64,000 nucleotides of DNA, taken from contig JBNKTL010000030.1 of NCBI GenBank assembly GCA_050298055.1, positions 1-64,000 of the forward strand. Direction: 5' to 3'. This stretch comes from Spirochaetota bacterium. GTDB taxonomy: Bacteria; Spirochaetota; UBA4802; UBA5550. Position numbers and translations under genes: made by a program. The notes under the pieces are model-generated. The model was not told the DNA's origin. It saw nothing but the letters and a program-made list of their open reading frames with translations, and made no database searches. This document shows positions 41,053 through 51,152 of this stretch, piece by piece. Position 1 is the stretch's first letter; the number at the start of each line of letters is the position of its first letter.

Positions 41053-42492
41053 ATGAATGAAATTTACTTAAATATATTTACTGTGGTCTTTGCTCTTTCA
41101 CTTTCAGAGATAATTGTATACAGTTTTTTCATCAGCAGAAATATTGCAAGATATACATTTCTTATTTCAGTTATTTCATCTTTACTCTCCTTTATCTATG
41201 TATTGATCTATCAGGGCCGTATCAGCTATGGGAGTTCTCATTTATTCATAACACCACTTCTCATGGTTTTCCCTCCGGTTATGGCCTCAATGACATCGGA
41301 ATATCTTGGTATTTTCAGAAAAAAATATGCTCTGGCCACACTGATTTTTTCCTTCATTCTGTCAGTATTTGCATCAGCTTTTCCACCTTTCTCATTTCTG
41401 ATTATTGCCGCATGGTTCATCATTTTTTTCCTCTATATCATCTATATTCTTCACAGAAAGAACAGTAAGATGTTTTCACTCCTCATTGAGTTTTATCTTG
41501 TTTTCAATATACCGTTCCTCATTGCAGCTATTCAATATGAATCCATTTTGATTATTTCACTGCTAACATGTTTTTCATCGATTCTTACATTTTTTACGTC
41601 CATGTGGCTGTGGAGAAAAAGAAATTTTGAGTATATCAGCCTCTACAACCGGTCAACGAGTATGATAAAAAAACTGAACCATAGAATCACCCGGTTAAAA
41701 CAGAGCAACGAAAACTATAAGAGGATCATATCCGAGAAAGATATTGAGATTCTCCAGGCGTCCCGCCATGCCAGCCTTGCCGAATTAACAAGCGGAATTG
41801 CTCACGAACTTGCACAGCCATTGACCGGAATCCGGGGAATAGCACAGAACATGATTGATGATATTGAATATGGTGAAATGGAAGAAAAACAGGCTGAATC
41901 AGACCTTATGAAAATCTGCTCACTGGTTGATAAATCAACATCCATTATTGATCATGTAAGAAACTTCACAAAAAAAAGCGGTTACTCAATGATGCCCATA
42001 GATCTTAACAGGGCAATTTTAAACGCAATTGACCTTGTTAATATTCAACTGAAAAATCTCTCTATTGATATCGTTTTTGAACTTACCGATCATATTCCCA
42101 AAATTATGGGGGACAATCTCTCCCTTGAACAGTTGATTGTTAATATCATACAAAACTCCCGGGATGCCATTCTGGAGAAGAAAGAGAATGTGGTTAAAAA
42201 ATCGGGACAGATCAAAATAGCCACATCCGTTGATGGGAACAGGATTCTCCTTACAATTGAAGATAACGGGATAGGTATTCCGGACGAAATTTTTCACAAG
42301 ATATGGTCACCCTTCTTCACCAGCAAAAAGAGGACACATGGGACCGGTATCGGCCTTTCTATCAGCAACAAAATACTCAAAGCCCACAATGCTGATGTTG
42401 ATATTAAAACTGATCGGAAAGGAACGAGATTTACTTTTCTTTTTCCCGCACTTAACAAAAAGACCGATGAAATCACTCATTCCGCTGTCTAA
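41053..42492 (+). CDS. Membrane sensor histidine kinase
   Basis: About 6 TM helices; GIAHELAQPL H-box; EQLIVNIIQNSRDA, EDNGIGI, FFTSK, GTGIGL. Confidence 0.92.
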   Translation: MNEIYLNIFTVVFALSLSEIIVYSFFISRNIARYTFLISVISSLLSFIYVLIYQGRISYGSSHLFITPLLMVFPPVMASMTSEYLGIFRKKYALATLIFSFILSVFASAFPPFSFLIIAAWFIIFFLYIIYILHRKNSKMFSLLIEFYLVFNIPFLIAAIQYESILIISLLTCFSSILTFFTSMWLWRKRNFEYISLYNRSTSMIKKLNHRITRLKQSNENYKRIISEKDIEILQASRHASLAELTSGIAHELAQPLTGIRGIAQNMIDDIEYGEMEEKQAESDLMKICSLVDKSTSIIDHVRNFTKKSGYSMMPIDLNRAILNAIDLVNIQLKNLSIDIVFELTDHIPKIMGDNLSLEQLIVNIIQNSRDAILEKKENVVKKSGQIKIATSVDGNRILLTIEDNGIGIPDEIFHKIWSPFFTSKKRTHGTGIGLSISNKILKAHNADVDIKTDRKGTRFTFLFPALNKKTDEITHSAV

Positions 42493-44765
42493 TCTTCTAT
42501 GAGGTCCATTACATAAGCGCTCTTCACAAAGAGAATAGCAGGCAGGTCATTGTACTTGTCTATTTCCTTTTTAAAGAAGTACTGGTTCAGGCTGAAGAAC
42601 CTGGTTTTTCCCTTCTCGGTATAATTCCCCGGAACACCCATCATGATAAGATCGGTACTCCCCGAATACTGGTGAAGAGTTTCGGTGAAAGACTCTTCCG
42701 TATAGGGGAGAATGACAATTTCCCCGTCCAGCCGCGCATTTCTGAGAAGTCTCTCAATCTCATTTCCGGCCGCATCCTGCTCTTCTTCCCTGTTAAGTCT
42801 TCTTATTATCCTTATCTTATAGCGGTTTCTGCTTTCAGATTTCAAAGAGCTCTTCATAATATACGCAAGGAGCACCATGAGGTTCCCGTTTCTCTCCCCT
42901 CTCCACCAAATATCAATGACTTCGTTTTTAATAAACCTCTCTCCGTTTTTCAGCATAAGGATGTTTTTTTCCAATGCTATTATTCTATCGATGACTTTTA
43001 CAAGGTCAACACTGTTAGTATATTCAATCAAAACCGTGTTATGGGTTATACCGCCCGGATTATTTGTCTGTACAAGGCTTAAAACAGATTCGGTAAGGTC
43101 TCCCGCGTGGATGATTCCCGGTTTAAGATTAAGGGGAGAAAAATTCTCTTCATCCACTTCATTACCATTTTTCACAAGCATGTTAAAATTGACCACCCCC
43201 TTGTATGAAACCATAAGTTCCGCAATATAGGAGATTTTATCTGAACAGTTCCCGGTTCCGGAAAATGAAATTGCAGTCAGTATTGGTCTCCAGTTCTTTT
43301 TTCCCTGAACTATTGAATTGAGCGACGACAGTCCCTTTGAAACCAGCCTGAAAAGGACCCCCCACCAAACGCCTTCAAGTTTTCTCCCCGGCCTGTATTT
43401 CATGATGAGACGGAACAGTATGAACTGTACGGTAATGACCATGAAACCTGCCTTCCAGCTGAAAAGGAGAACTGCCGTAAGCGAGGAGAGAAATCCGTAG
43501 AGGGAGATAAGCCAGTGCCCCTTTGAGGTGGGACGAAAAGTCGGGTTGCCGCTTATCCTTTCAAGAAACGCGGAGAGGTTTAACCATCCGTAGACACCCA
43601 GGAAACATATGCCTACAATGATCGCGGCCCGGTTCAGGTTACCGATCCAGATAATACCCAGACCGATGACAAATGTGATCAGGGTAGAATACCTCGGCTC
43701 ATGACCTCCTTTTCTGAAATCATTACCCAGAAATTTCAGAAATCCCGGAAGTATCTCATCATGAGCAAGTGACTGCAGTGTTCTCGGCGCGGAGATAAAT
43801 GAGCTCAGGGCGGATGAACTTGTGGCAAAAACAATACCGGTAAAAATAACAAGACCCGGAATATTTACCGGAAAACTTTTACCAAATCCAAGAAGTTCGG
43901 TGAGAAGAATTCCATAAGGCATTTCTCCGGAATAACCTGTAACAAGCAGGTCCTTCTCCATCATTGAAAAAACAAAGGCAGCTGCCATATAGAGTATGAA
44001 AGTTACAAAAATCGCTAAAAAGGTACCGGAGACCATGCTCCGCTTTGGATTTATCAAATCCCCACTCATTCCAGCACCGGCGCTTATCCCGGTAACCGCG
44101 GGGAAAAACTGTGTAAAGACCAGAAAAAATGTTCCCACACCAATTGATTTCATGCCGGTGAGATTAATATCAGACAATGAACCATAAAAAAGATTTCCTC
44201 CCTGAAATTCAAGTCCCAGGAAAGGCGAAAAGAATATGACGGCAATACTTCCGAAGAGAATGTAGAGAATAAGCATCTGGATCTTCAGTGTAAAATCAGC
44301 TCCAATGAGAACAATAAAGAAGAAAAGGATAAATATGACGCTTGCAAGCAGCTGTTTCTGTACAAGAACCTGCGCCATATTCATGCCGGTCATCCCCGCA
44401 TCAGTGAACAATGAGCTGACCAGGGGATAGACCGGTTCGGCAAAACCCATACAGTAAAATCCGATGGATGCCGCCTGTGCAAGGTAGAGCTGAATTCCTA
44501 TGGACCCGCCCAGGGCATTTCCCAGCGACCTCTTGCTCAGGGCATAGATGCCTCCCCCCCCGATCCTGTGGAGATTGGTTGCGCAGTCAGCAAGGGAGAA
44601 GGATGTGGCAATCGTTATAGTATGGGAGAGGATGATCACAACGATCATCACCAGGAGCCCCGCGTCTGCAGTGAGGACAGGAAGGAGAAGGAAGAGAACC
44701 GTTCCCAGTATTGCTTCAACAGAGGGTACAAAAACACCCTTGAATGTACCGAATTTTTTTTTCAT
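42489..44765 (-). CDS. Cation-chloride cotransporter (SLC12)-like APC permease
   Basis: KFGTFKGVFVP, GGGIYALSKRSLG, FFPAVTG, SGDL, KNWRP and IDIWW motifs. Confidence 0.85.
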   Translation of the reverse strand: MKKKFGTFKGVFVPSVEAILGTVLFLLLPVLTADAGLLVMIVVIILSHTITIATSFSLADCATNLHRIGGGGIYALSKRSLGNALGGSIGIQLYLAQAASIGFYCMGFAEPVYPLVSSLFTDAGMTGMNMAQVLVQKQLLASVIFILFFFIVLIGADFTLKIQMLILYILFGSIAVIFFSPFLGLEFQGGNLFYGSLSDINLTGMKSIGVGTFFLVFTQFFPAVTGISAGAGMSGDLINPKRSMVSGTFLAIFVTFILYMAAAFVFSMMEKDLLVTGYSGEMPYGILLTELLGFGKSFPVNIPGLVIFTGIVFATSSSALSSFISAPRTLQSLAHDEILPGFLKFLGNDFRKGGHEPRYSTLITFVIGLGIIWIGNLNRAAIIVGICFLGVYGWLNLSAFLERISGNPTFRPTSKGHWLISLYGFLSSLTAVLLFSWKAGFMVITVQFILFRLIMKYRPGRKLEGVWWGVLFRLVSKGLSSLNSIVQGKKNWRPILTAISFSGTGNCSDKISYIAELMVSYKGVVNFNMLVKNGNEVDEENFSPLNLKPGIIHAGDLTESVLSLVQTNNPGGITHNTVLIEYTNSVDLVKVIDRIIALEKNILMLKNGERFIKNEVIDIWWRGERNGNLMVLLAYIMKSSLKSESRNRYKIRIIRRLNREEEQDAAGNEIERLLRNARLDGEIVILPYTEESFTETLHQYSGSTDLIMMGVPGNYTEKGKTRFFSLNQYFFKKEIDKYNDLPAILFVKSAYVMDLIED

Positions 44766-44872
44766 TTTACTTTCAATGACTGTAAATATACGGAGATAAT
44801 TAAAGATTTTTTCTGCCTGCCATTGAAGTATCACACAGAGCGGTATTTCCCGCAAGTCAAATTATCATTTTT

Positions 44873-45253
44873 TTACGAAAAGAGCTCCCCGGGGAAAGCC
44901 CTCAGTTTGAATTTTTCATCAAGACAGATAATATCAACAACCGCCTGTATCAGTACGACACCTGTAAGCTCAATTCTCTGGTCGAGCTTCATCCTGTATT
45001 CACTTCCGCTCTCAACGGGACGTGTTATCACTTGTACCGTATCACCAAGACGGCCAGGTTTCAGGAATTTTATAGTCATTTCAAAAACGGCGAAATTATA
45101 TCCTTCACTGTTCCAGACCTGGATATCCTTTCCCTTTGAATTGATAAACTCGGTCCTTCCCCTTTCCATGTACTTGAGATAGTTTGCGTAATAGACGATA
45201 CCCAGTGCGTCGGTGTCCTCGTAGTAGACCTTTACATCAAGTGAATGCTCCAA
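44873..45253 (-). CDS. YbgC/FadM-family acyl-CoA thioesterase
   Basis: VYYEDTDALGIVYYANYLKYMERGRTE; AGGAGG RBS before TTG. Confidence 0.9.
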   Translation of the reverse strand: MEHSLDVKVYYEDTDALGIVYYANYLKYMERGRTEFINSKGKDIQVWNSEGYNFAVFEMTIKFLKPGRLGDTVQVITRPVESGSEYRMKLDQRIELTGVVLIQAVVDIICLDEKFKLRAFPGELFS

Positions 45254-45415
45254 TTTCTTTCCTCCTAAAAACGAAATTTCAATAGAGATTTTTAAAAATA
45301 ATGTTAAATCATGATCTTTATTATTTCCGGTACGTCAATTAGATTTGACATTAATTTTTTTTTGTATATAATAAAAAAGAATTAAACTTTCAATGGACCA
45401 ATAAATGAGGTGTAT

Positions 45416-46165
45416 ATGAAAAATTATCAAAAAAATCTCGGAGTATTAATCTTAATACTTTATGTTGGAACAGGTTGTCATAAGGGAGGCGTGCACTGGG
45501 GTTATGAAGGGAAAGAAGGCCCGGAACACTGGGGAAGCCTCTCGAAGGATTTTGTCCTCTGTAAAGACGGCAAAATGCAGTCTCCCATTGATATTTCAGG
45601 AAAAATGGTAAAGAGCAGTGTAAAACTGGAGTATAACTACAGTCAATTTCCCCTGAATATGGTAAATAACGGCCATGCCATACAGGTGAACTACGGAGGT
45701 AAAAGCCATCTTGCCATCGACAAGAAAAAATACGCGCTCCTGCAATTTCACTTTCACGCTCCCAGTGAAGGAGCGATAAACGGGAAGAGGTATGATCTCT
45801 GCGCACACCTTGTCCACAAGAGTATTGACGGAAAACTTGCAGTCATCGGGGTTTACTTTAAAAGAGGCGCTGAGAACAGTTTTTTTAAACAGTTTTGGAA
45901 CAGGATCCCGAAAAAAAGCGGAAGCACAATATCCGATCCATCGGTAAAGGTTAATGCAGCGGAAATTCTTCCCGGGAAGAAAAGTTTTTATCATTTCATG
46001 GGATCATTGACAACACCACCCTGCAGTGAGGGGGTCAAATGGTTTGTCATGGATAATATCGTTTCTCTATCTGAAGCTCAGCTTAAGGTCTTTACGGATA
46101 TTTTCAGCAAAAACGCGAGACCTCTGCAACCGCTTAATGGCAGGAAGATATCCAGAGGTATTTGA
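45416..46165 (+). CDS. Alpha-class carbonic anhydrase, secreted
   Basis: HWGY..GPEHWG, QSPIDI, NNGHAI, QFHFH, HLVH, GSLTTPPCSEGV, NARPLQPLNGR. Confidence 0.93.
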   Translation: MKNYQKNLGVLILILYVGTGCHKGGVHWGYEGKEGPEHWGSLSKDFVLCKDGKMQSPIDISGKMVKSSVKLEYNYSQFPLNMVNNGHAIQVNYGGKSHLAIDKKKYALLQFHFHAPSEGAINGKRYDLCAHLVHKSIDGKLAVIGVYFKRGAENSFFKQFWNRIPKKSGSTISDPSVKVNAAEILPGKKSFYHFMGSLTTPPCSEGVKWFVMDNIVSLSEAQLKVFTDIFSKNARPLQPLNGRKISRGI

Positions 46166-46185
46166 TTTACTTCCGGATTCGCTAA

Positions 46186-46219
46186 AAAAAACCCGAACTA
46201 TATTCTGTTCGGGTTTTTT
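46186..46219. terminator. Bidirectional intrinsic terminator
   Basis: AAAAAACCCGAAC...GTTCGGGTTTTTT between convergent genes. Confidence 0.8.
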
Positions 46220-46250
46220 CATCTTTTTATTTATTCCTTTCTCTATTTTC

Positions 46251-46673
46251 TTATCCCACCTTCTGTTCATAGTCCTTGACGGACTGCTGAGTAAAAAGAA
46301 CAACAAGAATAATTATCGGGATAATGAGATTTTTTATAAGTCCTCCAAAGGAAAAGGGCTGACTCAATGCTGCAGAAGCTATTATTTGCCAGAGAATTGA
46401 TGAACCAATTCCAATATATGTATAAAGCTTCAACATATTAACACCTTTTGGCTTATTTCCCATGATTTTAATACCGGCCATAAGTCCAATAACACCACCT
46501 GCCAGTGTCAAAACTGCAACGAGAAGAGAAAGAAGTCCCCATAAAGCACTCAGCTTAAATGCGCCGAAGGCAGCAATGAGGAAAAATAAACCTCCTATAA
46601 TGCTTAAAACACCTCCAATAATAGCTAAAACTCCGAGAACAGTTAAAATGGTAGGCCTCTCTACATCTGCCAT
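46251..46673 (-). CDS. Four-TM membrane protein
   Basis: RPTILTVL start followed by hydrophobic helices; GAGGAG RBS. Confidence 0.75.
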   Translation of the reverse strand: MADVERPTILTVLGVLAIIGGVLSIIGGLFFLIAAFGAFKLSALWGLLSLLVAVLTLAGGVIGLMAGIKIMGNKPKGVNMLKLYTYIGIGSSILWQIIASAALSQPFSFGGLIKNLIIPIIILVVLFTQQSVKDYEQKVG

Positions 46674-47017
46674 TGTGATCCTCCTCATAATTAATAGAAA
46701 TTTAAACTAACAGATATTATTATATACAAAAAACAGTGAAAGGTCAATACTATTTTTATTACATTTGTTTTTTAGTTTTATTTTGTTTTTAACAGGGCAC
46801 CGGCTGTTTATAATGAAAAAACAGGCCACTTACAGAAGGCAATGAGCGATGCCTGCCTAAAGCAAATTTTAATGAATTAATATATTCCAGCATGAGAACT
46901 CTGTTTGACAATAAAAAGGAATATTAATATAATAACAAATACTGAGAGTGAACGACAACTGGAGCATTTTTAATTTTCCTGTTATTTTAATCTGAACAGA
47001 GGAGATAAGAGGTTATA

Positions 47018-47812
47018 ATGACTGGACCAAAAGAGATAGGATTGTTAGCATCAATATTCAGAAGTATATACGATTTTAAAGCTTATAAAACCTTTAAAGA
47101 GAAAACGACCGGCCAGGCTTTTATTTACCTGCTTCTCCTTACGGTTATTTTTGGTGCAATAGGTTCAATAAACCTGCTGTATACAATGGACAAAGCCTTT
47201 AAGGACATAAACCACACCTTTGATAAGGACTTCCCGAAATTTACCTTAACAGGAAATGGTCTGGTAGTTAAAGAGAAAATGCCCATAATCTCAAAAAACA
47301 AAGATTTTTTCTATGCCATTGACACCACAGGTAAAATCGATAAAAGCATACTGAATGACCATGACAAGGGTATATTTATTTCTAAAACCAGTATGTACTA
47401 TAAAAAAAGCATTATTGAAACAAGGGAATATAACTTTGACTCGTTAACGCAGTTTGCTCCCATTACAAAAACCACGGTAAAAAATATCCTCTCCTATTCA
47501 TGGATTGTCAAGATAATTGCCGTACCTTTATATCTTATATATTTTTACTCAGGGAAAATTATCAGTGCATTTATCATCGGTCTCCTGGGCCTGGTATTTC
47601 AGGGTATAGTAAAATCAAAGGAAAATATCGGGACAATGTTTAAGCTCGGCCTCTATGCCATTACTCTCCCGGTGATAATCAAGATTATTACTGGATTCAT
47701 CCCTGTTGAGATACCAAACTTTTTCCTGATCTATTATCTCTCCGGCCTGGGATGCCTTATGATGGGATTAAAATCCATCTGGTCAGAGAATATGAAAAAA
47801 CCGTCACTTTGA
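47018..47812 (+). CDS. DUF1189-like membrane protein
   Basis: SIYDFKAY..GQAFIYL, PKFTL..G.L, YAITLP. Confidence 0.65.
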   Translation: MTGPKEIGLLASIFRSIYDFKAYKTFKEKTTGQAFIYLLLLTVIFGAIGSINLLYTMDKAFKDINHTFDKDFPKFTLTGNGLVVKEKMPIISKNKDFFYAIDTTGKIDKSILNDHDKGIFISKTSMYYKKSIIETREYNFDSLTQFAPITKTTVKNILSYSWIVKIIAVPLYLIYFYSGKIISAFIIGLLGLVFQGIVKSKENIGTMFKLGLYAITLPVIIKIITGFIPVEIPNFFLIYYLSGLGCLMMGLKSIWSENMKKPSL

Positions 47813-47823
47813 TACTACCGCTA

Positions 47824-48390
47824 CTAAAAGCCGGAAACATATTCTTCCAAAGGTATGAGCCTGGTGCAGTTTAATTCTTTTGATTTAATGGCATCAGCCA
47901 GTTTGCCGCTTATAAAATAATCCTTTGGGATACGGTTTACCCTGAAAATATTTCGTTGCTGTATTACTTCCTCTTTGAATTTGATTTTTTCGGCTTTTTC
48001 TATGACCGATGTCCCTTCATAGAGTTTAATTTCCGAATGTTCAGCATCAAGGCAATTAAGACTTTCAAGGACATTTAGTAAATATATTTGGGATATTTCA
48101 TTGATATTTGTATCAATTTTTTCGATCTGTAAATAGTGCGATTCATCGATCAGTTCAGCTTCCAGGATATCCTTGAGTTTCTTCGATATCAAAGGGACTC
48201 CCGCCTGATGATATACATAATCAGGTACCAACTCCCCTGAAAGATCAAACCGGATGGTTATACTTCTGATCATTTCAGGATTTACTTTTAACCCTTTCCT
48301 GATGGTTTTTGGTAAAGTGCTTTCATACTCAGAGTTGGATACTCTGTATATTGGTTTTTCAGTAACGCTCTGTAATGCAAAAAACTCCAT
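47824..48390 (-). CDS. Imm11/DUF1629-like immunity protein
   Basis: PDY..PLISKKLKDIL, YLLNVLESLNCLD..S, IFRV..FISGKLADAI pattern. Confidence 0.6.
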   Translation of the reverse strand: MEFFALQSVTEKPIYRVSNSEYESTLPKTIRKGLKVNPEMIRSITIRFDLSGELVPDYVYHQAGVPLISKKLKDILEAELIDESHYLQIEKIDTNINEISQIYLLNVLESLNCLDAEHSEIKLYEGTSVIEKAEKIKFKEEVIQQRNIFRVNRIPKDYFISGKLADAIKSKELNCTRLIPLEEYVSGF

Positions 48391-48392
48391 AA

Positions 48393-49721
48393 TTATCCCA
48401 CCTTTGTGAACCAGCATCTGTTCTCATAGAAGTATTCCTTCTTTGCTTTTGACTTTTCCTTTTTAAACTGCTCAATTGATTCCGTGATGGATGCTTTCAG
48501 CCCCCCCGCTTCGAGAACAGGTGAGAAAAGAAGAAAATCGAGGTTCTTTTCATGAAAAAAAATTATTCTGCCATCCGGGAGAGAACCGAAAAGCCTGTAG
48601 GGACGCAGGGGCTTTACTTCTTCATCAGAAAAATAATATTTTTCCAGGAGGTTTCCTTTATAATCGAAAAGATAAATACCGTAATCGTTTTTATGGAAGA
48701 TCCTTTCTTCTTTCCGGGAGACCGCGAAACTGAACTGTTCCTTTGTATAGACACTGTCTTCCCTGAAATCAAAACCCTTCAGGTCATGGAGAAAATCTCC
48801 CTTTTCATTCATAATAAAACCGAAAAAGGGATATCCCTTACCTCCCGTACGGAGCATCTCCATATAAACAGGAAGGAAGAAGAACCCCTTCCCCATTGCC
48901 AGGGGCTGCCCGGTCCAGAGTACGCCGGTAAGAAGATTGTGTCCCTTCTCCTTTAATTTCTTCACCAGGGGATCTTTGGGCCAGGAAATAAGGGTAAGGG
49001 GGGAGCCGCCGGCTGTTTTCACAAAGGGAACCGCCTGGTCTTTTTTCAGGCTTCCCTTAAACTCATCGTTAAAAACATGGAGAAGCTCCAGTTCCGGCTG
49101 AATTGAGTAATCGGTATATGGCTCTTTAGAGACGGCCAGGACCTCTCCCCTCATACGGCGTTCGCTTACCTGTTCCGCCGCCAGTGTATCCACCAGCGCC
49201 AGGAGGCGTCCCGTATGGGGGCATCGGGCACCCCGGGTTATGAAATTCTCTTTAAGAAGTTCTCCCGGATCATCCACATTGAGACTCTCAAAATTATCCT
49301 TTTTACTCAGGAAGGACTTAAGTTTCCTGTTATATCTTTTAATAATACTCTTCCCTTCTTTATCGAAAACATAGGCGCGGTTCAGGCTGGTGGTATAAAT
49401 AATCTCCCCTGAAGGGAGAGAAATAAGAGAGCCTTCATGCCGGCAATAGACACTGTGTATCTCTTCATAGAACTCCGTAAAGGAATGCTGTTCAATCAAT
49501 TGCAGGTCATTATTAAAACGGGAAAGAACTATTGTCCCCGCAACAGTATCCCTCCCTTTCTCCTCATCGGGACACAGTACCGTCACCTCTGAAAGAATAA
49601 GGAAAAAACCGTTACTCTCTTCCGTAAAGGCCGCGGGTTTTACGGTGACAGGATCACCTTTTGCTGCCTTTAAGTCCTCTAAAACCTCATCGGTGACAGG
49701 TATGCAGAAAAAATTTGTCAT
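48393..49721 (-). CDS. Hypothetical protein, possibly beta-propeller
   Basis: 442-aa ORF in tandem with the Imm11-like gene. Confidence 0.7.
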   Translation of the reverse strand: MTNFFCIPVTDEVLEDLKAAKGDPVTVKPAAFTEESNGFFLILSEVTVLCPDEEKGRDTVAGTIVLSRFNNDLQLIEQHSFTEFYEEIHSVYCRHEGSLISLPSGEIIYTTSLNRAYVFDKEGKSIIKRYNRKLKSFLSKKDNFESLNVDDPGELLKENFITRGARCPHTGRLLALVDTLAAEQVSERRMRGEVLAVSKEPYTDYSIQPELELLHVFNDEFKGSLKKDQAVPFVKTAGGSPLTLISWPKDPLVKKLKEKGHNLLTGVLWTGQPLAMGKGFFFLPVYMEMLRTGGKGYPFFGFIMNEKGDFLHDLKGFDFREDSVYTKEQFSFAVSRKEERIFHKNDYGIYLFDYKGNLLEKYYFSDEEVKPLRPYRLFGSLPDGRIIFFHEKNLDFLLFSPVLEAGGLKASITESIEQFKKEKSKAKKEYFYENRCWFTKVG

Positions 49722-49810
49722 TACTCTCTATCGCTCTTCTATGTATTATTCAAGGATAAAACTTTTTTATTTTTATGCCCGGTGAGTACTGTCAATAAAC
49801 TGAACAAGAC

Positions 49811-50740
49811 CTATTGCTTAATAAGATCAATAATTTTATCAATTTCCGGTTTTCCCCCTCTTACTTTTACTTTAAGGGCGAGGTCCATTAAGCTATGGTC
49901 ATAGCTATCCTTGATATCCGGATCTGCATTCCAGGCTATGAGTAATTCTGTTGCTCTATAACTGCCTTTAATAACCGCCTGGTGAAGGGGTGTTCTTCCC
50001 ACATTGTTCATCTCATCAGGGTCTGCCCCTGATTTTAATAAAAATTCCAGAATTTCATAGTGATTGTTTGTAATGGCATGATCTATACAGCCATGAAGAT
50101 CGGCTTTTTTATCAATCAATAGTTTTAAAATATCAAGGTTATTTCTCAGTGTTATAAATTGGACCGGAGTCAGTTTATTTTCAAAGGGAGTGTTTACATT
50201 CCAGCCAGCATCAATTAATTTTTTGATTTCATCATAGTCTTCATTCCTGAAATAATCTTCAAAGTTGCCTTTTGGATTATCCGGGATATTCCCCAATGAA
50301 CCTAAAAACGAGGTGAAATTCTCAGATACAAAGTAGATATTGGAGTATGTAATTTTTTCTGTTTCGCTTTCACCTTCATGCCACCAGAAGTAGATTTTAT
50401 TTTTATACTTTCCCCTCATACCAAGAATGATCTGGTTCCCTAACTGATCACAGCCAATGGAAATAAACTCATTGGGGATTCTTAAGATATATGTTTTTAA
50501 ATTACTCTGTATATCACGAACAGGTTCATTATCATATATTCCATATAATTCCTTTAGAATTGAGTCACCATATTTTTTAGTAGAAAACTTAAGTTTTTCC
50601 GGTATCCCGCCATTAAACGCAAGCAGGAATTTTCTGTAATCACCCGGTAATTTCAGGTTAGAATTTTGCTCAAGGAGTTGAACGTCTTTCTCATGAACTT
50701 TTGGGTTAGTGCATTGAATTTTCATCATGTTGAATATCAA
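49811..50740 (-). CDS. SMI1/KNR4 (SUKH) immunity domain plus ankyrin repeats
   Basis: LKLPGDYRKFLLAFNGG, IGCDQLGN, KIYFWWHE, VSENFTSFL; GRTPLHQAV ankyrin motif. Confidence 0.85.
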   Translation of the reverse strand: MIFNMMKIQCTNPKVHEKDVQLLEQNSNLKLPGDYRKFLLAFNGGIPEKLKFSTKKYGDSILKELYGIYDNEPVRDIQSNLKTYILRIPNEFISIGCDQLGNQIILGMRGKYKNKIYFWWHEGESETEKITYSNIYFVSENFTSFLGSLGNIPDNPKGNFEDYFRNEDYDEIKKLIDAGWNVNTPFENKLTPVQFITLRNNLDILKLLIDKKADLHGCIDHAITNNHYEILEFLLKSGADPDEMNNVGRTPLHQAVIKGSYRATELLIAWNADPDIKDSYDHSLMDLALKVKVRGGKPEIDKIIDLIKQ

Positions 50741-50814
50741 GATCCGGATATAAAAGTATTTTCTCTCAGGAAGTTTTTATTATTAATATCAAAAAATCAA
50801 TTACATAATTTAAA

Positions 50815-51009
50815 CTATGAATTTCTTATCTGTTTTACCAGTTCCTCAATATACTCTTTCCCCCTATTCATATAATTGTCAGTCTCATCCTTATTCAGAT
50901 AAATATTTCTTTCAAATAGACCCGCAGTACCGCACATTACAGAGAGCAGGTATCTCTCTTTGTCCCGGTAAAAAATATAATTCCATTGGGAGCGATATAA
51001 TTCTTTCAT
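50815..51009 (-). CDS. Small hypothetical protein
   Basis: 64-aa ORF (LSVMCGTAGLFERNIYL) co-oriented within the immunity-like cluster. Confidence 0.5.
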   Translation of the reverse strand: MKELYRSQWNYIFYRDKERYLLSVMCGTAGLFERNIYLNKDETDNYMNRGKEYIEELVKQIRNS

Positions 51010-51152
51010 TTACAAACTCAAATGAAATTTACCAATGCATTGAAAAATTCCTGGAATTAATCATAAAAGTTTTTCATTCCAATTCATTCTTGTTAAAATA
51101 CTTTATTTAGAGCAGTCCCCTGAATGCTTCCAGTCATTGAAGGATCTTTTCT

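Noticed and set aside
46790..46862. Riboswitch or ncRNA in the intergenic region
   Set aside because: Only weak hairpins, with no recognisable aptamer consensus
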